Shown: positions 24,016-38,593 of the stretch, in pieces
How the letters are laid out: the number at the start of each line of letters is the position of its first letter
Numbering within the stretch: position 1 is the stretch's first letter
The notes under the pieces: generated by a model
The model's input: only the letters and a program-made list of their open reading frames with translations
What the model was told of the DNA's origin: nothing
Databases searched by the model: none
Position numbers and translations under genes: made by a program
Source of the DNA: Octopus sinensis
Lineage: Eukaryota
Assembly (NCBI RefSeq): GCF_006345805.1
Contig: NC_043002.1
Location: 59,272,001 to 59,336,000, forward strand
DNA length: 64,000 nt
Direction: 5' to 3'

Positions 24016-26877
24016 TGATTGATTGATTGATTGATTCCAGTTTCAGCTCACGAGCTGTGGCCGTGTTGGGGCACCGCCATTTGGTGTTGCTACATGGTTT
24101 TACTTCACAAATGCTTTTTAGCAACTGCCATTTGGTGCATGAGAGAGTTCGATGCAGCTGCCCTCATCTGCACCTCCTGCCGTGAAGTTGGTTCATCTGG
24201 GATACCTGACAAGAAGAGATCCAGTTTCATTTTAAAGACATCTGCATCCACCCCATGCAGGTCTCTTAGGTTCTTCGGGAGGATATTGAAGAGCTGTGAG
24301 CCTCGGAAGCCCAGGCTATCACAGTATCTTGTCCTACATCTTGATGGCAAATTTGGAGTCCAGCACCACGCAGTGGCGCCCAGTTCTGGCATTTGTGTAA
24401 TCTCGATGCCAAAGTTTGGGACAAGTCCCACCAGGATCTTCCAGATGTATATTATGGCATATCTTTCTCGCCTACGCTCCAAGGAATAGAGTTTTAATCT
24501 CTTGAGTCTTTCCCAGTAGCTTATATTCTGCACAGAGGCTATCTTCTTCGTGTAGCTACGTTGGATCGCCTCAAGTTCTGTGATCAACTTGACACTGGAT
24601 GGTGACCATAGCTAGAGCAATAGTCAAAGTGGCTTAGGACTAGTGTCCTCCAGAGGACCATCATGGTTTCTTGTTCTCTTGTTCTAAAGGTTCTGAGAAT
24701 CCATTAGGCCAGTCGTCTACATTTCATTGCCAATTTAGCAACATGTACACGAAAGGTTGCGTCATGACTCATGTAAATACCCAGGTCACGCACTGACTGT
24801 GCCTCTGGGATTGCAATTCCTCTGGGTCCAGTGTATTCATTGGGTATTGCATTTAGTTTTGCATGCTGATAGTATAAAGCTTAAAACTTTTCAGCATTGA
24901 ACTGAACTGCATGCTATTCTTTTCAGCCCACTTGTATATTTTGTCCAGCTCACATTGCAGGCGTTTAGTGTCCTCAGGGTTCTGTATTGGCTGTGAAACT
25001 TTTGTATCATCTGCATAACTTGTGATCGTGGCTCTCTGCGTGGCTGAGGGCATGTCTGAGAGGGCCATTATGAACAGTAGTGGTCCCAAAACAGTGCCCT
25101 GCGGAACACCGCTCACTATTTGCGTGTTAATGGAAGTGGCCCCATTAGCTACTACCACTTGACTTCTATCTTTCAGAAAGTCATGAAGCCATTCTCCCAG
25201 TTTTCCAACTATGCTAAGATCACGCAGTTTGTGACATATCATTCCATGATCGACTTTATCAAAGGCCTTTGAAAGTCGAGATATATCACTTCCACATTTG
25301 AGTGGTTGAGCGGTCGTTTCAACACCCAGTCATAGTGTTGTAGGAGCTGAGTTAAGCAGCTTCTTCCTGGTCGGAAACCATGTTGGGTGTCAGGCAGCAA
25401 GTTATTTTCTTCAAGGAAGGTGATCAGTTTCCTTCTGACTATTCGTTCCATGACCTTGTTGATGTGTGAGGTTAGAGAGATAGGTCTGTAGTTCTTGGCC
25501 TCCGCTCTGCTACCTCCTTTATGAATAGGGGGCATATTTTACCTTCCTTCAGTTTTCTTGGAAGTTTGCCAGCTGCAAGGAAGCTCTGAAAGAGGAACTG
25601 CAGTGGTCTTGCTAGGACTCTCTTACATACTTTTAGGAGGATTGCCGGGAATCCATCGGGGCCAGTAGCTGAGCCTGTTTTCATTTCATCTATAGCCTTT
25701 ATTACATCGTCTTCCTTTATATCGATGTAATCTATCGTCGCCGCCTCTGATTTTATATCTGCAGTGGTAAAGAAGTCAGTTGGATTGGTGATTTGGAAAT
25801 GCCCAAGGGGTGGAGTGAAAACACTCTTGAAGTGCTCATTCAGTATTTCACTTACCCTCATTGGTTTTCCTGTGAGTGTGCCATCCTTTTCAAGGAGTGG
25901 CCCTATCCTACAGTGTACCGTAGCTGTTTCTTTGGCATACCTGTAGAAAGCTCCGAGGTTAGATTTTATGTTGTCTATAGCCCAGGCTTCTTTGTCTGCT
26001 CTTTCCTTTTCATGGGAGAGTTGCAGACATTTTTCAATTTCCAACAGTTTTATTTTCAGGCAGGACTTTTCACTGCTTTCAATTTGTTTGTTTAGGCGAT
26101 TTGAAATTTTTGTACGTCGTCTCATTAAATTTTTCCTCTCTCTGGGGATTTTGTTCTTGTGTACAGTGGCCTTTCTCTCTGGGACACATTTGTAGCATAT
26201 GGCTTGCATTACAGACATGAATTGTTGAAGTTTCACGTCGATGTCTGGCGAGGAGAGACATTCAGGCCAGTTTTGTTTGAGGATCTCTTTCTCAATTTAT
26301 TTCCAGTTTACCTTATGGAAGTTAAAACTGGAAAGATTCTGAGGGTTTCTTGTAGGCTGCATGTCCATGCTTTCCTTTGGCCCGTACATAGTCAGCTCTA
26401 CCATGTTGTGATCCGAGAGTAGTGTCGGTGTCACTTTCACATTATGGATGAGATCCATATTATTTGCGAAGCAGAGATCCAGTGTCTTACCTGCCCTGGT
26501 TGGTTGGAGTATTACTTGCTCCATGTACAGGGTGTTGATGAGGTTCAGGAGGGACCTCGCCTGTCCTCGTTCACATCTTGTCATTCCTGGGAGAGAAAGG
26601 CCCTCGGGCCATCTGACATTGGGTAGATTGAAGTCTCCCATAAGAAGTACACCTATGTGTTGTTCTAATGTGATTAGAACTTCTTCTATTTTTATAAGGC
26701 AGTCTTCAAACTTGCCTACATGGCTTGGGGCATCTGGAGGGCGATATGTAGCACACACAACTACATCAAGTTGCCTTATATGTACAATTAGTGTGTCACA
26801 CACCGAGTTTGAGTATGACAAAAGGACCTGGGGTGTGAGGTCCTCACAGATGTACATAGCAACTCCTCCATGACTCA
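24016..26877 (-). mobile_element. Near full-length ORF2 CR1/Jockey-group LINE (APE + RT), frameshifted
   Basis: GGVAMY, YRPP, GDFN, PTR..LDL, SDH, NYRPISLTS, QHGFR, SGVPQGTVLGPLLF and YADDTK; (caat)n tail at 24016-24036. Confidence 0.95.
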
Positions 26878-26915
26878 TATATATATATATATCTATATAT
26901 ATATATAATATATAT

Positions 26916-26977
<62 letters not shown>

Positions 26978-26984
26978 CTATATA

Positions 26985-27016
<32 letters not shown>

Positions 27017-27292
27017 GGAGGCGCAATGGCCTAGTGGTTAGGGCAGCGGACTCGCGGTCGTAGGATCGCGGTTTCAATTCCCAGACCTGGTGTTGTGAGT
27101 CTTTATTGAGCGAAAACACCTAAAAGCTCCAGATCCCTGCTGTACTCTTTCACCACTCTTTCTCCCACTCTTTCTTCTGTTGGCCTGCTCGCTTAGCCAG
27201 CGGGGTGGCGTCATTCGAAGGCTAAAACAATGCGAACGCATTGTGACCAGCGATGTGTAACTACATCTGATGGACTGGTCGGCCACGTGATG

Positions 27293-27295
<3 letters not shown>
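27017..27295 (+). mobile_element. tRNA-derived SINE family B in (TA)n
   Basis: A box tggcctagtgg and B box ggtttcaattcc; related fragments at 15925 and 33455. Confidence 0.8.
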
Positions 27296-27329
<34 letters not shown>

Positions 27330-27519
27330 GACCGTTGCCATAGTAACGAAGCTAAAGCACGCAGAGTGAAGCCGCTAGGCAAAGATTGACCTTAAACTAA
27401 GCTGTGCCTGCGCAATAAATTTTAACGTTTTAGCTCCCTTCCGCTGTTTACAGCAGTGCTTGGAAAGAAGGTGTGTAGAGTGTGGTCGTCGCAGTCACCA
27501 TTGATTTCATTATAATATG

Positions 27520-28541
27520 ATACATAAAAAATGTTCCCCGCCTAAATCATTTCCATGGCTGTGGTTTAAAAAAAGACAAGGGCGCAATCCCTCACAAAAC
27601 GGAGTAGTTCCAACTTATTTGGTCTTCATGATCCGAAACTCCGTTTCTCGAAACTCCTCTCCCTACCCCATCGGAAAAAATTTCCTCCACAAATTTCTTT
27701 ATAATCGTAATCTATGACGTTTGAAAGGTATTTACACAAAACTTCATTAAATGAGGGAAAATGTCAGATCGTGTGAATTTTCCGAAACTCCTCTCCCTAC
27801 ATCCTCGAAAAGATTCTGTCCCATAAATTCCTATATACATTCAATCCACATCATCTATGGTATTTGTTGAAAATTTCGTTAGAAAGTGTCCATTTTTCTG
27901 GAAGTTATGAGGCAACAAAGTCGGCATGTGCGTGTGTGTGTTTGTGTGGAGGGCTAACAAATGTAGTTTTGCCAATTTCGTTTGTGTGCTAGCTTGCGTG
28001 CATATTTTTCTGTAATTTAATACAGCCAGACCGGCGCCTAACGGGAAAATATTCTGAAAGTAAGGTACACCTGAAATGTGAATTCAAACAGAATAAAACG
28101 AGTTACGCGTAAATCGGACCACAGATTCCCGAGATAGGGTGGTTTTTAGAGGTACCTTCATAAACAGCCAAATCGGTGCATAATGGGAAAAATACTCTGA
28201 AAGTAACATAACTCAGAAGTGGGAAAATTGCTTCCATTAATTTTATGTTTACGTTATATAACAATTCCGTTTACATTTTTATAGAAATGAGCATATATGC
28301 CATAAATAAATGGAGTTACAGGAGTTCAAGTTTATCCCGGAAGTTATATTTCTATTAGATGCTGTAAATAATCAATAAAACCTTTAAACATGAACTTGTA
28401 AACCAGACCTGTGATGACATGAACTGAAATATTTAACTGAATCATCATAAAATTAACTTTCATTTCAATGCAATGTTGAAATCAGCTTCAATGTTTTATA
28501 ACCTGAACTGTCAGTGACCCAACAGGTCACGGGTAGTCTAG
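27520..28541. mobile_element. Possible non-autonomous Helitron/Helentron-like relic
   Basis: Internal repeats (cgaaactcctctccctac x2); terminal hairpin gtgacc-caaca-ggtcac followed by gggtagtCTAG. Left boundary is uncertain. Confidence 0.3.
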
Positions 28542-28723
28542 CATATATATATATATATACACATATATATATCTTACATATACATGCATACATACACACA
28601 CGCACAAACACATATATGTCTATGTATATTTGTGTGTATCTTTGTGTGTGCAAGCGTGTGTGTGTGAGTGTGTATGTGTGCGCGTGTTTGTACGTGTATA
28701 TGGGCTTGTATATTTCTGTATAA

Positions 28724-28805
<82 letters not shown>

Positions 28806-29057
28806 CTACATGCATGAATATACTAATACATACGCATATAAACATATTTCAATGTTGGTATCTGTTTGGCGGTGTGTGCTTGTGTGCGTATATATAGATT
28901 TATATCATATGTTTATTTGCTTCCACGTTTTACTACGTGCATACGTAACTATTCGGCTATACACACATACAAACACACACACGCACACATACACACGTAA
29001 ATAGATATATACACATATATATGCACACATTATGCATGCGTTTTATTATTCTGCCAT

Positions 29058-29510
29058 CTGTTTCAGCCACTGACTGTGGCCAGACTGGGGCAACACCATT
29101 AATACTAATAGTTGTTTATTCTAGACTCACTACTCGGTCCTGTCTCCGGAACTGGTCCTGGTGAAGTAGTGAGTTGGACAAAGCTGCCCTTCTTGGCGTT
29201 TCCCGTTGTGATTTGGGTTCATCTGGAATATTAGATGAAATTTGTCTAATTGCCCTTTGAACACATTCTCATTTTTCTCCGCGTATATCTCTGAGGCCTT
29301 TTGGAAATGCATTCAAAAGTTGTGGGCCTTTGAACCATAATCTATAACTGTATTGTGTTCTTACTCTGGAAGGAGATGGCAGGATCTTGGTACTATGCCG
29401 TGGCGTCCAGCCTAGTGATTGGTATAACTTTCAATTCCCAAGTTAGATGCTATACTTTCCAGGATCTGCAAAATATGTACCATCTGAGAATCTTACGTGT
29501 TTTCTATATA
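29058..29510 (-). mobile_element. Old 3' fragment of CR1/Jockey-group LINE
   Basis: 3' tail motif tttcagccactgactgtggcc..ggggca and FKGQLDKF / GSKGPQL remnants, as in the 23298 and 24016 copies. Confidence 0.7.
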
Positions 29511-29708
29511 GAAAGCGTAGCCTCGACTCTTTTAACTTCACTTAGTGTTCCATCTTTTGTACCAAGGCTGTATAGTGTCTTTGTGTCTTTGTGTAGTGGC
29601 GTTGGATTGCCTCGTGTTATGCTGTTAGTTCGAAGCAATAGGTGTGCATATGCACAAGCGCTATATACATACATACATACATACATACATACATACATAC
29701 ATACATAC

Positions 29709-29738
<30 letters not shown>

Positions 29739-29739
<1 letters not shown>

Positions 29740-30330
29740 TAGGTTGGCAACTAAGCTGCCGCCGCTTTTTTTAAATTTTGGAATTAATTGCGTTTTTAAA
29801 TTTGGAAATCTATTTTTTTAGAGAATTCTATTTTTTAATCATTTTGTAATATTTTGGTTTTTTTCTAGTTAATTTTAGTGAACTTTTGTTTATTTTCAGA
29901 TCATTAAAATGGAATGTCAAGTTAAGAAAAACGAGCATTTTCGGCACCTCCTTTTTGCTTTTAATCAAGGTTCTAAGGCCGCAAATGCTGCTCGCGACAT
30001 TTGTGCTGTGTATGGAGAGTGTGCCATAGCTGAAAGACTTGCTCATGATTGGTATACCAAGTTCAAACAGGGACATTTTGACCTCAAAGACGCACCTCGT
30101 TCTAGCCGCCCAGGTGAGTTCGATGAAGAGCGATTAAACCAACTTTTGCACGAAAATTCTCGTCAAACTGCAAGGGAACTGACAGCGAAAATGGAATGCT
30201 CTCACACTGCTATAGAGAAGCATCTTCACTCGATGGGAAAGGTACAGAAGAATGGAGCATGGATTCTGCATGCTTAAGTGACAACAACAAAAATCAACGA
30301 GACACAATCTCTGCCCGTTCAGGCAACGTG
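29739..30330 (+). mobile_element. 5' half of a mariner (Hsmar1/SETMAR-like HTH domain)
   Basis: TA-ttaggttggc terminus; ORF 29909-30277 with HFRHLLFAFNQG, AARDICAVYGE, DAPRSSRP and GAWILH; catalytic domain absent. Confidence 0.88.
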
Positions 30331-30983
30331 ACGTAAGAATGACTAAAAACATTTTTGAGAAATGTTTTTATATATCCAATATCATTGAATAGTGAATCTT
30401 ACATAGATCAACCGCTTGTACACACTTAAATAAGTGCTGTAGTGTATATAAGAGAAAAGGTTTCATATTTCCAAGACCGATAACCTGAAAGATGAAACTA
30501 AAACATCAGAATTAATCTCTTTACGCCCGCACATGCGAAATACTTATATAACCTAACGATATTTCAACAATGTCAGTATGAGATCCCAGTGGAACACTGT
30601 TTTCTTTCTCTTCTTTCAGCTCTCCAAATAATATTTCGCGACTAGACTAGTAATAAAGCCAGAATGATTTCTCCTATAAAGAATTTTCTTATCCCTAAAT
30701 AAATAAGGAAGCTGTAATTCAATAAATCAGACCATTTCTTTCGACCAACAAGAATAGGTCGTTTTCTGAAACCGACAGAGAAAAAAAAATTATTTCCTTC
30801 CTTTTTAATAAAGCCACACATCAATCGTCGCTAGAGTGTGTACATTGACATACAGAGTAAAAGAACACACACAAAAAAGAAAAAAAAATACACGCACATA
30901 CAGATACATACACATATATATATACACAAATGCACATATACATACACAAGTTCACGCGCAAAGGAAAATGTAATATAATGTAA

Positions 30984-31094
<111 letters not shown>

Positions 31095-31203
31095 TTATCT
31101 ATCTATCTGTCTGTCTGTCTGTCTGTCTGTATATCTATACACAAGAATAATATGTACACACTCATATGAGACATAATACAATATTCTCACTCACACACAC
31201 ACA

Positions 31204-31302
<99 letters not shown>

Positions 31303-31381
31303 AATATATATGAGTATTCACACACACATACGCACATATACCCACAAAAAACCCATACTGACAAATACATTTATGTATATA

Positions 31382-32623
31382 CAGAGTGTCTTAAAAATAT
31401 ATAAACACATTCAATGACTACAAAGTCAGATTTAAGGAAACTTCATTGCGGTTTCAAATGTGATTGAATCCACACAGAATATAATTTTTGATGAACGCCT
31501 GTTTTCAAACTGATGACTATTCTGCTCGAGACACTGCCGAAAACACGAAGCAATGGAATCGCAAATATCATTAGTACGGTTTTTGTGCGCATGCTCGTTG
31601 AACGGCTGCCCTCAATTCGTCGAATGTTATCATTTTCTACTGAACGTTATATCTTTTAAGTATTCCCTTCAAAAACCTTATAGTGTGTAGTGGTGAAGGT
31701 GGAGGGTGTTCTGTTTTACTTCTTCATCCAATAAACCTGCTTGGCAAAAATCTCATCAAGCTAGGACCTTACAATGCCATAGTAGTGTAGGAGAGTTCCA
31801 TCTTGCTGGAAATAAAACTCCACATCTTCAAAGTCTTGTCGAAAGCTTTGCATGATAGATTATCGCATCGTTCAAGTAAATAAAACCAGTCACAGTACCG
31901 CCAAAAATAAACGGTCCAATTAATCCTTTTTGGTAATAAACCGCACCAAATGCGAATCCTAGTAAATTAATATCATTTGCTCTGTAATATGCGGTCCTCG
32001 GGTCTCCAGTAGGTCCCATTGTTGTATTTAATAGGGTCATTTAATTAAATGTAGCCTCATTATTCCAAACAACCTTTGTTGAAATGTATACATCTTCTAT
32101 AGACATTGCCAAGTATTCTTCGCAGAATTCCACTCTTCCGTCTGGAACATCCTCATTGAAAGCACAGAGAGTTCTTAGAATGTAACTCTCCCAATCACTG
32201 TCCTTCAAATGTAATGTACGCTTGATTTTAAAATTCCTATTCCACTACTCTCTTGTTCCATAGATTTTCTTGAGCCCTGGCAGTACAATTCTAGTGCCTT
32301 TTGTTGCTTTGTGGGACTCATCGAGGTCCCCGGTTTTCTGGAACGTTTCTTGTAGACGTTATGAACAGTTTCATCTGCTACAAATTCATCTCGAATTCAA
32401 GTGACGATAGCTCACGTAAGTGGATCTGTTTGACACTCCGTCCTATACTATCTTTGCATTTATACTGCATTTTAAAACTTCTAGTAGAATTTTGCAATAA
32501 ATATCCTTTCTTCAAATGTTAGTCAGGCTCCCTTTAAAATGACTCATTTATTAAATCGAAAAGGAAATGGAAATTAAGTGAGTTATCTGTTAAAGTGTGT
32601 ATATATGTTTTGGGTACATCCTG
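31382..32623 (-). mobile_element. Highly decayed Tc1/mariner-superfamily element (maT/rosa-like)
   Basis: TIRs TA-cagagtgtcttaaaaatatataaacaca / tgtgtatatatgttttgggtacatcctg-TA; remnants GLIGPFIFGGTVTG and FQQDG. Confidence 0.8.
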
Positions 32624-33689
32624 TAAATATATATATATGTATATGTGTATCATACATAGAACCATTTTCTAAGCTTTTATGTATGTATTTATGCATGCAT
32701 GTATGTATGTATGTAAATGTGTGTGTATGTGTGTACATGTGAGTCAACATATGCAAGGATAATTGTATATTTCGTGTCTGCACATTTATGAATGTAAATG
32801 TAGAATTAAAACGAAATATGACAGAAAAAAATGCTTTCCGAAAATACTAAAAAATTTATTAAAAAAACTTTTTGTTTTGGAAAAATTGTTAATTACAAAT
32901 TTGAAATAAAAAAAAAATATACATATTTCTTGCGTAAGTTTGTTTCAGACATTTGAAATTATTTGTGACAGTCTGCTAGTGAATAAGAAATATTTGCTAA
33001 AGGTAAAAAAAAAATGACATTATGATGTATTGAATAAATATGAGCGAGAAACGAACTCAGAACACGTGAAAACCCGCATCGTGGACACACAATACATGTA
33101 CACATATTCGCATATAAGTATATATATATATATATATTTTATCTTTTACTTGTTCCAGTCATTGGACTGCGGCCATGCTGGGACACCACTTTGAAGGGTT
33201 TTAGTCGAACTAATTGACTTCAGTTTCTAATATTTGTTTTTGAAGGACTAGTATGTCTTCTATCGGGCCTCTTTTACCGAAACCGCTTTGCTGCGATTCC
33301 CTAAATAAACGGAGACAAGCTTCCAAGTAATGTCGTGGGAGTTAGGGAGGCAGACCCACCCCCCAAAACACATACATACGTTACGTACATATATATACAC
33401 CACACACACATATATATATATACATATACACACATACACGCACCTATTTCACTATATCGACCAGACTATCGGATGTTGTTATACGCCGCTGGTCACAGTG
33501 TGCTTCCAATTCTTTCTTGATCGCGTCATTCCTTTCCAACTTGCCCAAATTGTTTAATTAAATCATCTTTCCATCGTCGCAGCTGCACATGTCCACCTAA
33601 TGTCTGGTGACATTGCGACATGTTCAATCCAGCGGAATTTGCGCTTTTGCTATTCTGCAAGGAAACTATGGCACATACATATAAAAAAA

Positions 33690-34850
33690 CTTGATTCGTC
33701 TTTATTGGGCGAAAGACACCTGTTATTTTCTTGTTGTTTGTATTTGTAATTATGTAATATTTTCTCTGTTCTTTTGTTTTTGTTGTCGTACGCATTTACT
33801 TGCTTTCTCCCCCAAAATTTAATGTCTTTAGCTTAGATTTTTGGGGCCAGCCAGATTTGACTGTCTTAAGTGTAACCAGCCAGAACTGTAAGGATGATCT
33901 GGAAACTTGGCTGACGTGAGAAGGCTGCGAATGACCTGTCCTTGTTTTTTCCTGTCCGTCTTTAGTTGTTTCCTTGCCGTTTTTGTTGTTATTCCTGTCT
34001 GTCTGTCTGACCAGATGTTTTATTGTCGTCTGTTGCATTGTTGTTCCATTTTTTATCTATATATACATACAGCGGCGTACGTACACTATTGCTCACCTTA
34101 GTGGCGTACGTACACTTTGGTCTCTTATATGTAATTATATATTTATTTAAATCTTGCACGACTCTATTTTTTCTTTCTATCAGCCTTTTCACGCTTATTC
34201 GTTCACTCCACTCTTTGTTCTTTCGTGCCCCCTCTCTCACATTTCCCTACATTCTCTTCTTACTCACTTTCCATCCTCTTTTCGCTTCTCTGTGTCCCTC
34301 TCATTTTTTTGTCGCCCCTTCTTAATTCTTCTGTCCCTCTGCATCTACCTCTCTCTCTTCTCTCCCCACGTGACCGGTGTTCGGCCAAGCTTGATCTTTC
34401 TTTCTTGGTTCGGCCGTCGTCCATGCAACATCTATATTCCTCCCTGTGCCTGCGCAATCTTGTATCCCTGCCGTAAGGCTTTACTTCCACACACGCCGGC
34501 TTAATTTAATTCGTCCTTAGTCGAAAGACACCTGTTGTTATGTCCTGTTATTTGTATTTGTGTAACATTCTCCGTATTTTTCCGTCTTTGTTTTCCTATA
34601 CATTCGCTGCATTCTTCCAAGGAATCTAATGGTCTTAGCTTAGTTTTTCCTTGGGGCTGGCCAGATTGGAGCAATCTCGAGTATAACCAGCCGAAATTGC
34701 AAAGATAATCTGGAACTCGACTGAGGAAAGAAAACTCCGAATGACCCGTCTTTGTTTACTTAGTATCGTCAATCTGGATGTTTTCTTGTCCCCTTTTTGT
34801 ATCACCTAACTGTCTGGATGTTTTGCGTTCTTGTCCCATTTTGTATTTTT
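33690..34850 (+). repeat. Two diverged ~330 bp direct repeats (33690-34030, 34505-34850)
   Basis: Shared blocks cgaaagacacctgtt, ttagcttag, ccagatt, taaccagcc, atctggaa and cgaatgacc. Confidence 0.7.
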
Positions 34851-35167
34851 ATATATATGCATACATACATACATACACACACACGCACACACACACACAC
34901 ACACACGCACATACACACACACACATATGGAGTGTTTTGGAAGTTCCTTGATACAGTTATAATATTTGGAGAGAAGATATTTTCTCAAAGAGTTAAGATT
35001 GAGAAAAGAACCTTTTTAGAAAGTCAAAAGACACTAACCTTTGGGAAGAGATTTCACATAATATGTGTGGATTTTGCTTTTATAGATGTGCAAGCGCTTT
35101 CAGTTCTGAACGTTTTCAAGCACGTGTTATTGTATATAGTGCTGAAAACGTTAAGAAACAATCTCTC

Positions 35168-35207
<40 letters not shown>

Positions 35208-35221
35208 CATACACACACACA

Positions 35222-36513
35222 CAGGGTGCGGTGAATAAATTCTCGTCTAAATGACGCAAAAATGAAAATAACTCTGACATCTAATTTTAACAGATATATT
35301 TACCAAAATTATATAAAAAATATCTTGAAATACAAATGAGTAAATTTATTCAATAAAATCGCCATTGGCTTCAACTATGGCCTCCAAACGACATCGGAAT
35401 CTCCTGCAACTCTTCTGTTTAAGTTGGTGACTGCTGCCACAGTCGTCGTCTTCAGTTCATCTTTGGTGTAACAAGGAGTTGTGTTGGTCTCTCGCTCAAC
35501 TGAGCCCCACACATAATAATCAAGGAAGTTACAGCCTGGGGAGTTAGGTGGCCCGAAGTTAGGGGTGATGTGGTCTCAGAAATTGTCTGACAGCTATGAC
35601 TGGATTCTCTTGCTTGTGTGACATGGTGTAGAGTCCTCTTGTCAGTCATAAGGTCTTTCAGTAGCTACCCTGTTGACTCAGGGCAGCACTGCTTCCTTCA
35701 GGCACTGGATGTAGACATCTGTGTTGAGTCTGAAGCCGTGTTGGAAGATGAATGGAGGCATAACCTCGCCATCACTAGTGATCACTCCAAACATCATGAT
35801 GTTGACTGGTTGTTTGATTTTGATCACATTTTAATCGTATTTTGGGGACATGGCAAGCCAATGGTTGTTCTGTGTGTTCACCATCTGGTCCTGGCAGAAC
35901 TTTTTCCCATCTGAGAAAAACCAAAGCTTGTTCGGTTGGAGGGAATGCTTGAGTTTGTGCAAAAGCTTCGTAGCGCGGTCTTTCCTCTTGTCCTTGATGG
36001 TTTGGGATAAAAATTGGCCCTTTCTCATCTTGTATGAGGAATACTGAATGTATTGATGCACTACCTACCTGATAAGAAACTCAGACACTCACATGTCCCT
36101 GGCGATGGACCTGACTGACTTGGAGGGATTGTTGTCAATCATGGCCTGGATCTCACCAACAAATTCAGGAGTTCTTTTCTGGTCAGAATGATCAGAGTGA
36201 GTTTTCTGAGCTGCCGTACCTTCGTAATCACCATTAGACTCATCCAACTCTTTCCGAATCCTCTGCACTGTCCTCAGATTAATACTCAAACAATCTGAAA
36301 TGTTCGTACTGGAGCTTCCGGCGGGAATGCTAAGCAGTACAGCATGTTGTTTCCAAATTCCTGGCAAAGTATATTGCGTCATGGTGCTGTTTTTCTCAGA
36401 GACGGTGTCTAACTGATTCTACGACACTGTGTAGTCATTAAAATAAAAAATAAACAACACGCATGTGCGAAATTAAAAATATAAAATGGCGACAATTTAC
36501 CCATTGCAGACTG
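35222..36513 (-). mobile_element. Defective maT (DD37D-like) transposon
   Basis: TIRs cagggtgcggtgaataaatt / aatttacccattgcagactg-TA; fragments LRTVQRIRKEL, NPSKSVRSIARDM, WFFSDGKKF and PPNSPGCNFLDYYVWG. Confidence 0.88.
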
Positions 36514-36874
36514 TATATGTAGACAGTGATCAAGCATGGCCGCGGTCAAATGAATGAAACAAGTAAAGCAATAAAGGAATATATGCAATGAGCTTCCACA
36601 CGGTTTCTTGAACATTCAGACAAGGTGCCGTGCAGTGGAACTGAATCTAGAATATCTATTTATCTGTCTATCTATCTGCCTGCCTGCCTGTCTGTCTGTC
36701 TGTCTGCCTGCATGCCTGTCTGTCTGTTTGTCTGTCTGTCTAATTACCTACCTATACATATATTCTTTTATTCTTTTACTTGTTTCAGTCATTTGAGTGC
36801 GACCATGCTGGAGCAGCGGGGACGTGAACACATCGGCATTGGTTGTCAAACGATGTTCGGAGGACAAACGCAGA

Positions 36875-36952
<78 letters not shown>

Positions 36953-37166
36953 TGACGGGCTTCTTTCTGATTTCGTCTACGAAATCCACTCACAAGGCTT
37001 TGGTCGGCTCGAGGCTATAGTAGAAGACACTTGCTCAGGACAGAACTCGGAGCCATATGGTTGGTAAGCAAGCTACTTACCACACAACCATATATGTATA
37101 TATATATTTTTATATATGTATATATTATATATGTATGCATATATACATAGGTATATTATATATATA

Positions 37167-37221
<55 letters not shown>

Positions 37222-37402
37222 GATATAATACATATATATATATATACATATATAATATTATATATATATGTATATATTATGTAATATATATGTGTATATT
37301 GTCAACTTCTAGGTAAGTGTACATTAATGCACATATCTTTTTCTTGTGATTTACCTTGCATTTACTTCGCATTGTTTTGGCCTTACCCAAGATCCTTTAT
37401 AT

Positions 37403-37438
<36 letters not shown>

Positions 37439-38593
37439 TATTACAATGCACACATACGCACACATCTATATATATATTGCTTTATACACCTATGTGTACA
37501 ATGATATGTCCGCATGCGTATGTTTTGCTCGTAACTAAACTATGCATGTATGGATATATGCATGATTTTTATCTTTTACTTGTTTCAGTCATTAGACTAC
37601 AGCCATATTAGAGCATCCATAGCTGCATTCACGCAAGACAATGATCTGCATTTGATGGCACTGGAAAGGGTTAAAAACAACGATACAGTCAATATAAATG
37701 CTTGCGTTCTGCAAATGCACCAGCTCAGCGAAGCAATCTTGCCGACCAGTGGCACAGGTTCTTCAACGCAACCACACTCATTTGGTAAATTTTGAAAGTT
37801 TTTGAATTATTAGGATTTATGGAAGTTTATTTCATGTAAAAATACTGAAAATTTAGAAAGAAGAAATTCTGAATTCAATCTGATAACCAATATGTAAATT
37901 TTACTGTTACGAAGATGGTTTTTAATTATTTCAACCAGCAGGAATTTGAATTTCACGGAATAGCTCCTATTGTAGAAGACTCAGTTACTGGAAAAATTTT
38001 AGACACTTACAGCATAGTTAAAAATATATTGTGAGTTCATTTCCTTACCACTCCCACCGAGCCCCCCCCCCCCAACAAACAAAAACAAAATCAAGCTGAA
38101 ATATTTCAGAAATAAGTTGAAGTGTAAGTTGGTCGTGAATTCCAATTAAACAGTGATGTAAAGAAAAGGAGCAATTTATTTGCAATAATGGTTCGAACGA
38201 TTTTTGTACATTAAAAGCTAGTTTTGACTGAGGAGATATACAATAAGGTCGAAAGACCCCTTGCGTTAATGAATCGCATATGTTATGGACACACATCATT
38301 ACAAAAGAGGAGATGTTCTCCGATGAAGAAAAACAACGATAAGTATATTCCCGTTCGAATCAGTCAACACGTATCGCGAGTGAATAGAGACATTATAGTT
38401 TGGATTGTACTGTGCTTTTTGGCTGGAATCTGAACACATCAGCAAATAATTTGCTTTATGTTTTTTATAAAGAAGAGTCAGTACTCTCGTTAGATCATTG
38501 ATCTGGGGATAACTTTGACTGAAAAGACACCATAAGGTCGAAACACCGCGTTGTCTCAACGTCCCCACCCTACATCAATGAATCGCGTCTAAA

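Noticed and set aside
27017-27090. tRNA gene
   Set aside because: A and B boxes are present but there is no convincing acceptor stem, and it runs into a multicopy SINE body.
29909-30277. Host SETMAR gene
   Set aside because: Only a mariner HTH fragment behind a TIR; no SET domain, and it stops early.
30595-30840. Strong acceptor-like tract ttttctttctcttctttcag
   Set aside because: No sustained reading frame or donor follows.
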